From positions 1 to 51,078 of the IMG/VR virus record IMGVR_UViG_3300032295_001188: a stretch of DNA of 51,078 nt; one strand, given 5' to 3'. A model generated the notes under the pieces. It had not been told where the DNA came from, searched no databases, and saw only the letters and a program-made list of their open reading frames with translations. Each line of letters begins with the position of its first letter. Positions within the stretch are counted from its first letter, which is position 1. The position numbers were made by a program, and so were the translations under genes. Below are positions 34,409 to 44,675 of the stretch, one piece after another. The DNA is from a virus (taxonomy: Duplodnaviria; Caudoviricetes).

Positions 34409-34649
34409 GACTAAGGATGAGCAGGAGCATCTGGCTGCTGTCGCTGCGCTCCCTTGCTCACTCTGCGCCGCGCCGCCGCCGTCTCAGTGCCACCACATTG
34501 AGCAGCAGAAGCACTTCATCACGGTAGCGTTATGTGCAGACTGCCATGCGAACTGGCACGGCACTAAAACTTTGTGGCGCATCAAGAAGTGGGATGAGTT
34601 AGACGCCCTTAACGAAACCATCAGGAGTCTGTATGCAAATAGATCGTAA
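34383..34649 (+). CDS. small HNH-like nuclease (Ref/DUF968-like)
   Basis: LPCSLC...SQCHHI...VALCADCH...HG. Confidence 0.65.
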   Translation: MFSKNHKSKTKDEQEHLAAVAALPCSLCAAPPPSQCHHIEQQKHFITVALCADCHANWHGTKTLWRIKKWDELDALNETIRSLYANRS

Positions 34650-35013
34650 GGTTGTGGAGCAAGCGCTGGAAGCCTTAGAGTTCATGGCGGACGAATGGGG
34701 CTTCACGCAAAAAGCAAATCGCCCTGAACGCTGGAAAGCTATCTCTGCCTTGCAAGCCGCCCTGTCCCAGCCAGAAGACAAATCCCAAGCAGCCTTTGAG
34801 CATTGGGTTGACACAGTAGAGGCTACGCAAAAGCCAGAGCAGCAAATTAGCCAAACCGAGATAAAGGTGGATAAAGAAACCCGCTGGCTACCTATGCCCT
34901 GGAAAGGGCTAACAGAAGAAGAACACAACTACTACAAAGCACTTGGCTTCGTGGGTGTCAAAGCAGTGGAAGAGAAGCTGCGTGCGAAAAACTCCACGTT
35001 GGTTCCATCATGA
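34633..35013 (+). CDS. hypothetical protein
   Basis: AGGAG RBS; QALEALE...WKGLTEEE...AVEEKLRAKN. Confidence 0.65.
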   Translation: MQIDRKVVEQALEALEFMADEWGFTQKANRPERWKAISALQAALSQPEDKSQAAFEHWVDTVEATQKPEQQISQTEIKVDKETRWLPMPWKGLTEEEHNYYKALGFVGVKAVEEKLRAKNSTLVPS

Positions 35014-35851
35014 ACGACCCCTTCAAAATTAACGGCCTTACCTGCATCTCCTTCTCAGGCGGGCGTACATCTGCGTACATGCTGTGGCGCGTGCTTCAGA
35101 GCAATGGCGGTCTACCTGATGAGGCCAAGGTGTGCTTTGCCAACACCGGCAAGGAAGAAGAAGCCACGCTTCGGTTTGTAGATCGGTGCAGCAAAGAGTG
35201 GGGCGTACCGATTATTTGGGTGGAGTACGCTGACGCAGCGGAAACCAAAGACCGCTTCCGTGTCGTTACGTTTGAAACCGCCAGCAGAGATGGTGAGCCA
35301 TTTGAGGCAATCATCCGTAAGCGTAACTACCTGCCCAACCCTGTCAGCCGATTCTGCACAGTGGAGATGAAAGTACGAGCCATCCACCGTTACCTGAAAA
35401 GCATCGGTTGGACTGAGTGGGATTCAATGCTTGGTATTCGCGCAGATGAGCAGCGCCGTCTAGCAAAGATTGGTAATCAAGACTACGGTAAGCACGAAGA
35501 AAAAGTTGCGCCACTTGGACGAGTAGGCGTAACAAAAGAAATGGTTGGTAAGTTTTGGGAATCTATGCCGTTTGATTTGGAGTTGCCAAATATTAACGGT
35601 GTTACAATGCACGGTAACTGTGATCTGTGCTACCTAAAAGGCGGAGCGCAAATCCTTAGTCTTATTAAGGAAAAGCCAGAACGCGCAGTATGGTGGGCAA
35701 AAATGGAGCCCTGGCCCTGGCATCGGCACCGGACGGTGCTGTTTTCCGCAAAGACCGCCCCTCCTACGCCGAGATGGCAAAGTTCGCCGAGCAGCAAAGA
35801 GATATGTTTGACCCCCAAGAAGAAGGTATAGCCTGCTTCTGTGGGGATTAG
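35010..35851 (+). pseudogene. PAPS-reductase-family (adenine nucleotide alpha hydrolase) protein with an apparent 1-nt frameshift
   Basis: SFSGGRTS, FANTGKE, RFCT, GIRADE, GNCDLC; after WWAKME (~35708) the -1 frame continues LALASAPDGAVFRKDRPSY...IACFCGD* to 35851. Confidence 0.7.
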
Positions 35852-35951
35852 TTTTTGCCGTGTGGCTTGGTCGTTGTACGGCAAACGGAAGGCCGGGAGC
35901 CCGGTGAGTGCGCCCCGCACAACAGCCCTGAGTTGCGTCAGGGCCTTCCAC

Positions 35952-38900
35952 CTAAATCTTAGCCATCTCCCGCAGTTCCTTGACGTTCACTGAGCGCAGG
36001 ATCTCACGCTCCAGTTCCCGCAGTTCACGAATGTTCTGCGCTTTCTCTTCACCAGACATCTGACTTTCAGGCATGTTCGTGATCTGAGTCATTACCTTGC
36101 GGATCTTGGACAGTTCACGGTTGATCTTGTCCACGCCCTTAGCCAGACCCAAGCGGGCCATGTTCTTCTCGTCTTCCAAGAACGCTTGAATCCCCTCGGG
36201 GCTGCGGGTCTTGATGTCGTTGAAGGTGTTGGCTGCTTTCTCCACCTCGTCACGCAGGACGTAGAAGTCGTTCTTCAGGGCAGACTCTTGAGGTCGTTTC
36301 AAGAAACCAGAGGTTCCCGGTAAAGCAGCCAGCATCTCATTAGCAGACATCTCCGGCCTTGGAACGTCGGGGTCAGAGTGCAGGAACATATTTGTCCCGT
36401 ACAACATCAAGCCACCGAACGAACCCAGCATGCCACGGATCAGGTGATCCACAGCAATCGGAGAGACCATACCTGTTTGCCCGAACAGTTTTGCCAGTTC
36501 AGAAGTGGTATCCCGGAACTGTCGCTCCAAATCCTTGTTCTTCTCAAACGTACCGATGAGCGGCTTGCCTTGGAAGAAGTCGTAGTTGATGGCTACCTCA
36601 AGTATGGGCTTCACAATTTGAGGGATAGGAGTCGGGCTAAGCGTAGCGTTCACTAGGGCATCAAACATCGATGTCCTAAATTTAGCGCCGTCCTCGTATC
36701 CCTTGTCAGTGATCAACTGATAGGTGTGCTCAGCAATAATTTTGGGAAACAAGAAGAAGTCAGGCCGCAGCGGAATCCGCACACCGCCAGTGCCAGGGAT
36801 GGTCAGCGTTCTGTCCCGCACCGCAGCAGGCGTATCAGCGTAGTCCTCGTCATCCCCAACCATCATGGCGTAGAGCATGGACAGAACCATGACCGATGCC
36901 GACGTAGCCGCCAAAGTTTTGAGTGCGGCTTCTCGTTGAGTCGGAGAGGTTCCTACGCCAGTGATCGTCCTGTATGCCACCCGCTGAGCAGCAAGGTACG
37001 CATAGAAGAACGGGATCGTCTGGCCCGCCAAATTTAGCGCCTTGCTAGTTCCACGGCGACGGACGTTGAATATCTCAAACGCCTTCTCCAGGGCTTCGGC
37101 CTTAGACAATCCTTGCTGCTCTGCCGCGATATACGTTGCCTGACGGACAGCGTTATCGCCAGCCATAGCAACGTGCTCAAGGATCTCCTTGGTTCTACCC
37201 CATGCGCCCTTTGGCTTCTTCAATCCAGCTTCAATTTCAGCGTCTTTGCGCATGACATCAGCAGAGAAGTCCCGTGCCCCAACCACACCAAACTTCTTCA
37301 GTTCGTTGTGCGTGGCGCTGGTCTTGGAGATCGTCTTGATGAACTCCTTAACCGCAAGATATGGAATCTTTAGCGCAAACTGAGGCTTCAGGCCAGACGT
37401 GAACATCGCCGCGAACGAGTCCTGCGGCACCTGAGCAACAGAGAACAACGGGTACAGAACAACGGTGTTGCGCAGAATCTCTGCCGCCTTCGCCGCCCAC
37501 TTGAACATCGGGATAGAGACGTTCTGAATTGCCGCGAAAGCATCAACAAAATTGGGATCAGCAACGTCCCACATTTCTTGCTTGCCGTCACGGTAGATGC
37601 GCACGATGTTCATGCCGCGCTTCTGTTCCGTGACTTTCACCGCCATCTTGCGGTCTCCGATGTCGATGTCCTTTGCAACATCGATCATCTGCCGCGCCTT
37701 GTGCGCCCGCATCGTGCGGCTCAGGGCGTACTGCATCCAGCGAATTTGATTGTCAAAGACATTATTCACTGGTGAATCAGAGCCCTTGAGCTTGTGATCC
37801 TTAGCCTTGACCTGAAGACCACGAATGAACTCCAGCGGACCAGCGCCTTCTTCAAGCTGCTCAACGCGGTAGTAAGGAACGTAGTCAATATTGTCTAGAA
37901 GTGACTCTGCATATTCCCGTGACCACAAACCACCCTCAACCATCGTGTTGATGGTGTTCTTGCGCATGCCCTGCCAGATGTCAGAGACTTGCTCCAGTTC
38001 CGGTATCAGCTTTACAAGCGACTGCCCAGGCTCAATTTGCGTCTCCTGCTGGGGAGAGACGTAGACCAGCAGAGCTTTCCACTCATCAATCTGCTTGCGG
38101 TCGGGCTTGGCTGTTTTCTGCTCGGCGTCAATCTTCGCCGTCAGATCCGCGTTGCGCTTGAGGATTTCAGGCAGACGCTTGGTGACAAGGTACGCATGAG
38201 CAATGCTCTCAACTTCCTCAAAAGGAATTCCGTACTTCTTGGAGATCTCTTCTAGCTTCTCCGTCTGTGCTTTGAGGTTTTCCTTCTTCTCAACAGACTG
38301 CCACTTCACCATGTCCTGGTTGTACTCAGCGCCGCCATCAATGATGGAGCGACTAGTCACGTTGTCTATGTTCACAGTCTGAGACTGCCCCACTTGGAGC
38401 AGCAGGCCGAGGAGTTCTACGTTGTCCTTCACCGCCTCTCTCACGCCGCGCCGCACTGCGTTTTCAAACGGCGCGTCAGCAGAGAACATATTCTTCTCAA
38501 ACGTATCTGAGAACTTCATCGCAACTTCCTTGGCCGTCTTCAGGTCAAGGGTTGGGAGTTGTTGTTCTCCTTTGAGGATGGCAATGGTTTGCTGCGCAAA
38601 GGTAGGCTTGGTGGGCGGGATGCCCATCTTCATCTGGTTCACGATGGAGATAGCCTGCTCTCCGGGAGTACCTTGCTGAGTAACGCTCAGCTTAGGCTCA
38701 GTCCCTTCATCCAGCAGTGTCTTGGAAACAAATTTGCCGTCACCCTTGGATAAGCTATCCAGCGCACGGATGATCGCCGCCTTGTTCTCAAGGCCGAACA
38801 GACTACGGGCTTTTTCCTTCAACTCAGAAAGCCACTGCTTCAGCCTGCCAAGCACAGATCCCTTGACATCAAACCGACCCCTCATGATCTCAGAGCCATT

Positions 38901-41900
38901 CTCAGCCCAGAACTCTGACGGACTTGTGTACTGATACAAGTCTTTGCTTACATCTCCATTCTTGATGGCATCTATTGCAGATTTCATCAAAGAGCGAGAA
39001 CCAAATCCAAAGTGGAAGTCAGTCAGGTTCTTGAAGAACTGCTTCTCAGCATCTGTTTTGGCATTCTTCTGTGCCTCCATCAAAGACTTGATCCAAGTCT
39101 TGCGGATGGCAGACTGAACCTCCTTAGGCATCATGCGCTCAAGATGATGCAGGATTTCATGGACGACAGTCTGGTCAGAGCCGCGCTCCTTCATCAGGTA
39201 CATGACTCGACCGTAGGAGCTATACATCCCGCCTACTCCATCTTCCTTAGGAGTACGGATAGAGATGCCCAAGTCATCTACCAAAGCAGGGTTCTGAAGG
39301 ATGAACCACTCAGCAAAATCCACTGCTTCCGGTGACAACTCACCCCGCCGCTTGGCTTCCAACAATCTCTGGCGCAAGAAGTCCGCTCCGCGCTCACGGC
39401 TCGACTTCTCCTTGGCAAGCTCTGCCATCTCAACTTGCTTCGCCAGGATGTCTACTCGGGCAGCAAATTCATCAGATGTAAGGTCACCCTTCTCCCACCG
39501 CTTGCGCAAATTTTCTACGCCGCGCTTGTAAGACGGCAGGCGATCAGACTTGACCGTCGGCTCAACCGAGTACAGGTAGTTTTCTTTAGGTGCGTACTCG
39601 ACATCCTTAGCCAAAAGGAACTGGCCCACTTGGTACATCTCTGAAGCAGAGACGACAGGCTGAGTGGTCTTCCTGTCGTAGAAGTACCCATGCCGGGCAG
39701 GATCAAAGCCAACCTGCTTCCAGGCTGGGTCTTTCATCAACTCCTTGACACGGGTGTAGGTCTCCTCTGGTCCCAGGTTGAACCAAGTACCTTCGACCGT
39801 CTGCTGCGGGGCCTTAGAAGCGCCAGCGGCAACAGCCAAACCCTTCTCTTGAGAACGAACCTCAAAAGTTACATCCTTCAGCCACCCGGTACTACGGAAG
39901 CCCATCAGCTTCCCAACGGTCATTTTCCCAGGCTTCCCCTCATGGATGGATACAACACTGCCGCCACGCTCACGGGCAGGCAGGTCCATACGAAGTCCAA
40001 CCTTGGTCCCATCAGCAACAGGAACATTGATGCGGTCACGCTTGTCGGCGTTGACCGTCTCGTTCATCCGCTGCTCAGAGGTAGGAGGCAGAAGTTTTTC
40101 TGACTCTACTTCTTGGATAGGCTTGTAGTAGTCAACGTACTTCTCAAACTCTTCCCGCGACATCTTCTTGTCTTGGAGAAGTTTTGCTGCCGCCTGCACT
40201 TGCGGATGACGGCCCTTAACTTCCTTGATGCCGGTGGTGTCTAGGGTAGGGGGCGCTTCTGCTTTGGGCGCGGCAGGAGTTTCTGCGGCGGGTGCGGCGG
40301 TAGCAGCAACAGATGGCTCAGTCTTTCCCTTCAGGCCCAGGTCGTAATCATTCAAGTTTAGAGCCTTGATGATTGGATCTATATCTTGTTTGCTACTAAT
40401 GCCCAACAAGAAAGATCCCAAAGCATCTGCAATTATCTCATCTGGTTTATTTGCGTGACGCCTAAACTTTGGAAGTTTATGATTGTGAATTTCTGGGCGG
40501 TATGCCTTAGAAATAGCCTTAAGTTTTTCCCAGCCTGGAATCCATTTATCAAGTTCTGCTTTTGGCATACCTTTATAAGATACGCCGCGCTTCTGCAGGA
40601 TAGCATGCCCCAATTCATGGGCAAACACATACTCAGGACTTTGAGCCCCTTCTACTTGTTTGTCTTCTGTTGGAATGGTAACCACTCCACTACTAGAAGA
40701 ATACTTTTCACCAGTCTCAAAAACCAAAACACCAAGATTTTGCGCTATTGTTTTTAGCTTGTTCCTTATTGTTGGCTCTTGAATATCTTTTGCTTCTTCA
40801 GCAGGAGTAGTTGTTTCTTCAACTTCTGATGCTGGAATCGAGATGTTAGAAGGCGTTTCTGTTTTGATCGCAACAGCCTCTACCGGCGTTGCCTTCTGCA
40901 GCATTTCTGCCGCACGCGCTTCCGCCTTTGGCAGGGTGTCTTCGCCAGCAAACCTAGTGACGCTTCCGTTTACGTACTGGTTTGCATCCGCGTCAAACAA
41001 ACCTGTGCCGTATCCGTCCGTAGTGGTGAACACATGGACTTCCATCCCGTCTGGTGCGGGCTGACGGCTGACAATTTGTGCCTCAAATTTTGGAGCGGCG
41101 GGTGCTGGAGTAGCAGGCGCTGCTACGGAAGGCTTAGTCTCTACTGCGGGAGCCTTCGTCTCAACCGGAGCTAACTTTACGATCTTGTTCCCGGCGTGCA
41201 TGCCGGAATAGCCTTCTCGTCCCGCAACTTCAGTCCTACTCCAAAGCTCAAGCGGTGATCTACCAACCGCAGGCTCATCGTAAAACTTAATCTTTGAACT
41301 GACAGGAGAAGATCCAAGAGCACCCGTCTGCGGGTTCTTCCAAACCAACGATGCCGTACCGTCATCATCAATGATGACTCTAGCGCCTTCCATTCCGGTA
41401 ACACCAGCAGCACTTAGACGAGATGCGTCACCATCTACATAAATTGTGCGGGCCGTCCGCTCTTTAACACCTTGATCGCCAGGATGCTCAGGCCGAGGTG
41501 CCTTGTTGCGCTGCGTTGTGCCGTCTTCAAAAACAAAATACTGAGAGCCCTTTGCGGTCTCAAACGTAAATTTTGTTCCCTCAGGAGTAGCCATCGGCGG
41601 CGGGGCTTCCGGCGCAGACGGCGCAGTAGTTGTAACAGCAGGCTGAACTGGAGTCGCTTCAGTAGAAGGTGTTTCTGTTACAGGTGGAATCTCTGCTACA
41701 GGCGTTTCTACAGTCGGAGTGACAGGTGTCTCTGCAACAGGAGTAACGGGAGTCTCTGGCGCAGTGGCGGCTGCAGGAGCAGGAGGTGCTGCGGGTGCTG
41801 CGGGGGCTGCTGCAGGAGGAGGAATTACTGCTGTACTTGCGGGTGGTGCAGCAGGCGTAATTGGTGGGGCAGCAGTCTGCTTACCCAGTGCCGCGCCCAA

Positions 41901-42857
41901 ACCAAACCCAGCAAGACCTTCCAAAGTGCCAGAAGCTACAGCACCCCTAAACGTAGGAACATCCAGTCCTTCTCTTTGCTGCGCAATATTGGCAGCAATT
42001 TTCTCTTGAGCCGCTTGTCCAAATTCTGGCAGCGCTTCTGCTGCTCCTGCACCGATGCGGCCAGTGATAGCGCCTTTGGCAGCTTTTTCTGAAACAGATT
42101 CAGCAGCTTCTCTAGCTGCTACGTTTTTGCTGATGCGGCTAGCAATAGCACGTACCGCACCCTTTTCCAACGGTCCTTTTGCAGCCACACCACCTATTGC
42201 TGCGCCTGCCAAAATTTGGTCTAGGTTCTTACCACCATACTCTTGTGCTTTTTGTGCTCGTTCTTCTGCAACAGGTTCAGATACGCCAGCATCCAGTAGA
42301 GCTTGCTTTGTTTCCTCGTAAATGGTGCCTTTGATCGTGCCAGCACCCATACCTGCGCCGGTCAGTACGGATACACCAGTTGTGATCAAAGCTCCTGCGC
42401 CAAGTACTTTTGCGCCTAGTGCAGCAACAATAGCGGGGGCAGCAGTACCTAATGCGGATGTTAGTGTGTCAACAGGCGCGACAGTAAATGCCTTGACGCC
42501 TGCCTTAACCTGATCCAGTACGCCCTTATCTTCTGCATCTTTGAGAATGCGTGCAATTTCTTGCTGGTCATTCTTTGCTTGCGCCGACATAAGATTTGCC
42601 AGCGCTTCTTCGTTCTGCTTTACAGATTTAGAAAAAGCATTGTTTGCACCAAACATATCCGAAACCATTCGGATACCCTGCAAAACACCTTTCTGAAAAC
42701 CTATTGGTACATCAGCAAATTGGTGGAAAACATCTGTAACCGCAGATGGTATAAAAGGTTTCTCAGGTGGCGGCGCAGTAGGCGCAGATGGAACCGCAGC
42801 AAACTGCGACCAAGGCCCTTGTTCAGTAGACTGGAATTGCTCCCAAGGACCTGCCAT
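35952..42857 (-). CDS. giant multidomain internal virion / polyvalent protein
   Basis: 2301 aa; P/A-rich linkers; two HExxH motifs (HELGH, HEILHH); C-terminus (RIPL...NYDFFQGKP...TSELAK...SPIAVDHLIRG) resembles LPD38. Confidence 0.75.
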   Translation of the reverse strand: MAGPWEQFQSTEQGPWSQFAAVPSAPTAPPPEKPFIPSAVTDVFHQFADVPIGFQKGVLQGIRMVSDMFGANNAFSKSVKQNEEALANLMSAQAKNDQQEIARILKDAEDKGVLDQVKAGVKAFTVAPVDTLTSALGTAAPAIVAALGAKVLGAGALITTGVSVLTGAGMGAGTIKGTIYEETKQALLDAGVSEPVAEERAQKAQEYGGKNLDQILAGAAIGGVAAKGPLEKGAVRAIASRISKNVAAREAAESVSEKAAKGAITGRIGAGAAEALPEFGQAAQEKIAANIAQQREGLDVPTFRGAVASGTLEGLAGFGLGAALGKQTAAPPITPAAPPASTAVIPPPAAAPAAPAAPPAPAAATAPETPVTPVAETPVTPTVETPVAEIPPVTETPSTEATPVQPAVTTTAPSAPEAPPPMATPEGTKFTFETAKGSQYFVFEDGTTQRNKAPRPEHPGDQGVKERTARTIYVDGDASRLSAAGVTGMEGARVIIDDDGTASLVWKNPQTGALGSSPVSSKIKFYDEPAVGRSPLELWSRTEVAGREGYSGMHAGNKIVKLAPVETKAPAVETKPSVAAPATPAPAAPKFEAQIVSRQPAPDGMEVHVFTTTDGYGTGLFDADANQYVNGSVTRFAGEDTLPKAEARAAEMLQKATPVEAVAIKTETPSNISIPASEVEETTTPAEEAKDIQEPTIRNKLKTIAQNLGVLVFETGEKYSSSSGVVTIPTEDKQVEGAQSPEYVFAHELGHAILQKRGVSYKGMPKAELDKWIPGWEKLKAISKAYRPEIHNHKLPKFRRHANKPDEIIADALGSFLLGISSKQDIDPIIKALNLNDYDLGLKGKTEPSVAATAAPAAETPAAPKAEAPPTLDTTGIKEVKGRHPQVQAAAKLLQDKKMSREEFEKYVDYYKPIQEVESEKLLPPTSEQRMNETVNADKRDRINVPVADGTKVGLRMDLPARERGGSVVSIHEGKPGKMTVGKLMGFRSTGWLKDVTFEVRSQEKGLAVAAGASKAPQQTVEGTWFNLGPEETYTRVKELMKDPAWKQVGFDPARHGYFYDRKTTQPVVSASEMYQVGQFLLAKDVEYAPKENYLYSVEPTVKSDRLPSYKRGVENLRKRWEKGDLTSDEFAARVDILAKQVEMAELAKEKSSRERGADFLRQRLLEAKRRGELSPEAVDFAEWFILQNPALVDDLGISIRTPKEDGVGGMYSSYGRVMYLMKERGSDQTVVHEILHHLERMMPKEVQSAIRKTWIKSLMEAQKNAKTDAEKQFFKNLTDFHFGFGSRSLMKSAIDAIKNGDVSKDLYQYTSPSEFWAENGSEIMRGRFDVKGSVLGRLKQWLSELKEKARSLFGLENKAAIIRALDSLSKGDGKFVSKTLLDEGTEPKLSVTQQGTPGEQAISIVNQMKMGIPPTKPTFAQQTIAILKGEQQLPTLDLKTAKEVAMKFSDTFEKNMFSADAPFENAVRRGVREAVKDNVELLGLLLQVGQSQTVNIDNVTSRSIIDGGAEYNQDMVKWQSVEKKENLKAQTEKLEEISKKYGIPFEEVESIAHAYLVTKRLPEILKRNADLTAKIDAEQKTAKPDRKQIDEWKALLVYVSPQQETQIEPGQSLVKLIPELEQVSDIWQGMRKNTINTMVEGGLWSREYAESLLDNIDYVPYYRVEQLEEGAGPLEFIRGLQVKAKDHKLKGSDSPVNNVFDNQIRWMQYALSRTMRAHKARQMIDVAKDIDIGDRKMAVKVTEQKRGMNIVRIYRDGKQEMWDVADPNFVDAFAAIQNVSIPMFKWAAKAAEILRNTVVLYPLFSVAQVPQDSFAAMFTSGLKPQFALKIPYLAVKEFIKTISKTSATHNELKKFGVVGARDFSADVMRKDAEIEAGLKKPKGAWGRTKEILEHVAMAGDNAVRQATYIAAEQQGLSKAEALEKAFEIFNVRRRGTSKALNLAGQTIPFFYAYLAAQRVAYRTITGVGTSPTQREAALKTLAATSASVMVLSMLYAMMVGDDEDYADTPAAVRDRTLTIPGTGGVRIPLRPDFFLFPKIIAEHTYQLITDKGYEDGAKFRTSMFDALVNATLSPTPIPQIVKPILEVAINYDFFQGKPLIGTFEKNKDLERQFRDTTSELAKLFGQTGMVSPIAVDHLIRGMLGSFGGLMLYGTNMFLHSDPDVPRPEMSANEMLAALPGTSGFLKRPQESALKNDFYVLRDEVEKAANTFNDIKTRSPEGIQAFLEDEKNMARLGLAKGVDKINRELSKIRKVMTQITNMPESQMSGEEKAQNIRELRELEREILRSVNVKELREMAKI

Positions 42858-42860
42858 GAC

Positions 42861-44666
42861 TTACACCTTTTCCCAGTTGTTCTTGTCGGCAGGATTGCCG
42901 CCCTTGAACCTGTACCCTTGCATAACTGTACCAACAGGAGGAGCGGGTTGGTTAGCAGGCGCAGGAGCACGAGACCCAGCACCTTGTAGCTCACGCTGAA
43001 TAAGCATCTCACGAATTTGAGACATGCTCGGTTCAGGTTGACCAGATTCTTTGGCGCGTTTTTTGATAGCAGCAATTTCTTGCATTCCAGAAATGGAATC
43101 CATGAACTTGCCTACGTTGTCGGCAGCTTGGTCATACGTCATGCCGGATTTATTTGGCTTACCAGCGCCCCTGTACCACTCCCACGCATCAGAGAATGTC
43201 TTGCCTGGGTTCTGGCGCATCCAGTCTTCCATTGCACGCTCTGCCATCTGCTGTTCAAAAGATGGCAGTTGCTTGACCTCATCTCTGGCTTGACGATTCA
43301 GTTCACCTTCGCGGGCCTGAATATCCTGACCGCGTATCTGCACTTGAGACTGCAGCGTGTTAGCGGCCAACTGCGCCTTGACCTGTTTATCAGCACGGTC
43401 AAGTTCAGACAACTTGTTCAATGCCTCAACATACTTCTCTTGGTCGCCAACCTTACGCGCTTCGTTTGCATCGGTAATGGCATCAATCTTTGCAGCACGG
43501 ATGGTGTTCTCTTGAGCAAACAACTTTTGACGTTGTTGCTCATTCTGCTGATAGCCCATGTAGCTTTGAGCAGAAGCGCCTCTGCCACCACGGCCAGCAA
43601 GCCATGCCATGATTCCACGCTCTTGTGCAGAAGCATCTTCCTTGGCCTTCAGGTCAGCCATAACTTTTGCTTCTTCTTGCAGTGCAGCAAGAGATCCAAT
43701 GCCTGAAGCAGGCCGCGCACGGCGCATAGCTTGAAGCTCTTCCAATGCTTTGCGGTTTTGCTCCGTGCCCGTTCCCGGCATGATCTTCTCAACCTCGCTC
43801 ATCGCGCCAGCCAGCGTCGGTTGCGACGGTGCCGCAGCAGCAATACCAGACGGTGCGGCAGGTTGCGCCATAGAACGAGACTGCGCAGACTCAAGTTCTG
43901 AAATCTTGTTCAGGATGTCTTCACGCTCTTGTCCGCCAACCATTTGCGCAGCACGGCGCAAAGCAGGCAAAGCACCGATGCCTACATCAAACTGTGTTGG
44001 CATGGACCTAGCTGTAGCAAGTCGTTGACCTTCTGGAGACGCGGCAGCAGGAGGAGCCATCGTCCTGCCTGGGCTCATAGTCCTAGCGGCATCTGGGCCA
44101 ACAACATCCCTTGCTCGGGTCGGATCTGCATATGCGCGTTGAAGTAGCTGATCTCTAGCTACGCTTGCCTCAGTAGGAATGTCACCAAAACTTGGGCGCT
44201 CTTTCTCAAATTCACGCATCTTTTGCAAACGCTCAAGTTTGTCCTTGCGGTCTGCTGGAGAGTCGTAGGGGCTCAGTGCAATCCCAAGCCGACGCGCATC
44301 TTCATAGTCAGGCGCAAACCCATAGACACGCGGCATACCACCTTCCGCATACCCAACAACGCCACCCTCTGCCATGCGGATGTTTGACGGCAAACCTTCA
44401 ATCCCAGCAGGCTTAGGCTGCATAGCCTGTTGAACCATCTGCTGCATCTGAGCCTGCTGCATGTTGCGCATCATGGATGGCATCGCAGCTTGAAAATCTT
44501 GCCGTGCTTGAGGCATACCTTGAGGCATGCCTTGTGGTTGCATCTTTTGCGCTGCGGCTTCAGCTACCTGGGCGGCTACCGTAGGCGTCTGATCTGGCGT
44601 GACCATCTGCGCCGTCTGCAACAGAGCGGCGAGGGATGGATCGATGGAGGCTTGTTGTGCGTACAT
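42861..44666 (-). CDS. internal virion / DNA ejection protein
   Basis: 601 aa, A/Q/M-rich helical; MAEGGVVGYAEGG; terminal GYRFKGGNPADKNNWEKV. Confidence 0.65.
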   Translation of the reverse strand: MYAQQASIDPSLAALLQTAQMVTPDQTPTVAAQVAEAAAQKMQPQGMPQGMPQARQDFQAAMPSMMRNMQQAQMQQMVQQAMQPKPAGIEGLPSNIRMAEGGVVGYAEGGMPRVYGFAPDYEDARRLGIALSPYDSPADRKDKLERLQKMREFEKERPSFGDIPTEASVARDQLLQRAYADPTRARDVVGPDAARTMSPGRTMAPPAAASPEGQRLATARSMPTQFDVGIGALPALRRAAQMVGGQEREDILNKISELESAQSRSMAQPAAPSGIAAAAPSQPTLAGAMSEVEKIMPGTGTEQNRKALEELQAMRRARPASGIGSLAALQEEAKVMADLKAKEDASAQERGIMAWLAGRGGRGASAQSYMGYQQNEQQRQKLFAQENTIRAAKIDAITDANEARKVGDQEKYVEALNKLSELDRADKQVKAQLAANTLQSQVQIRGQDIQAREGELNRQARDEVKQLPSFEQQMAERAMEDWMRQNPGKTFSDAWEWYRGAGKPNKSGMTYDQAADNVGKFMDSISGMQEIAAIKKRAKESGQPEPSMSQIREMLIQRELQGAGSRAPAPANQPAPPVGTVMQGYRFKGGNPADKNNWEKV

Positions 44667-44675
44667 ATCTATTCC

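Noticed and set aside
35887-35953. tRNA gene
   Set aside because: Only ~64 nt, with no TTC T-loop and no 7-nt anticodon loop
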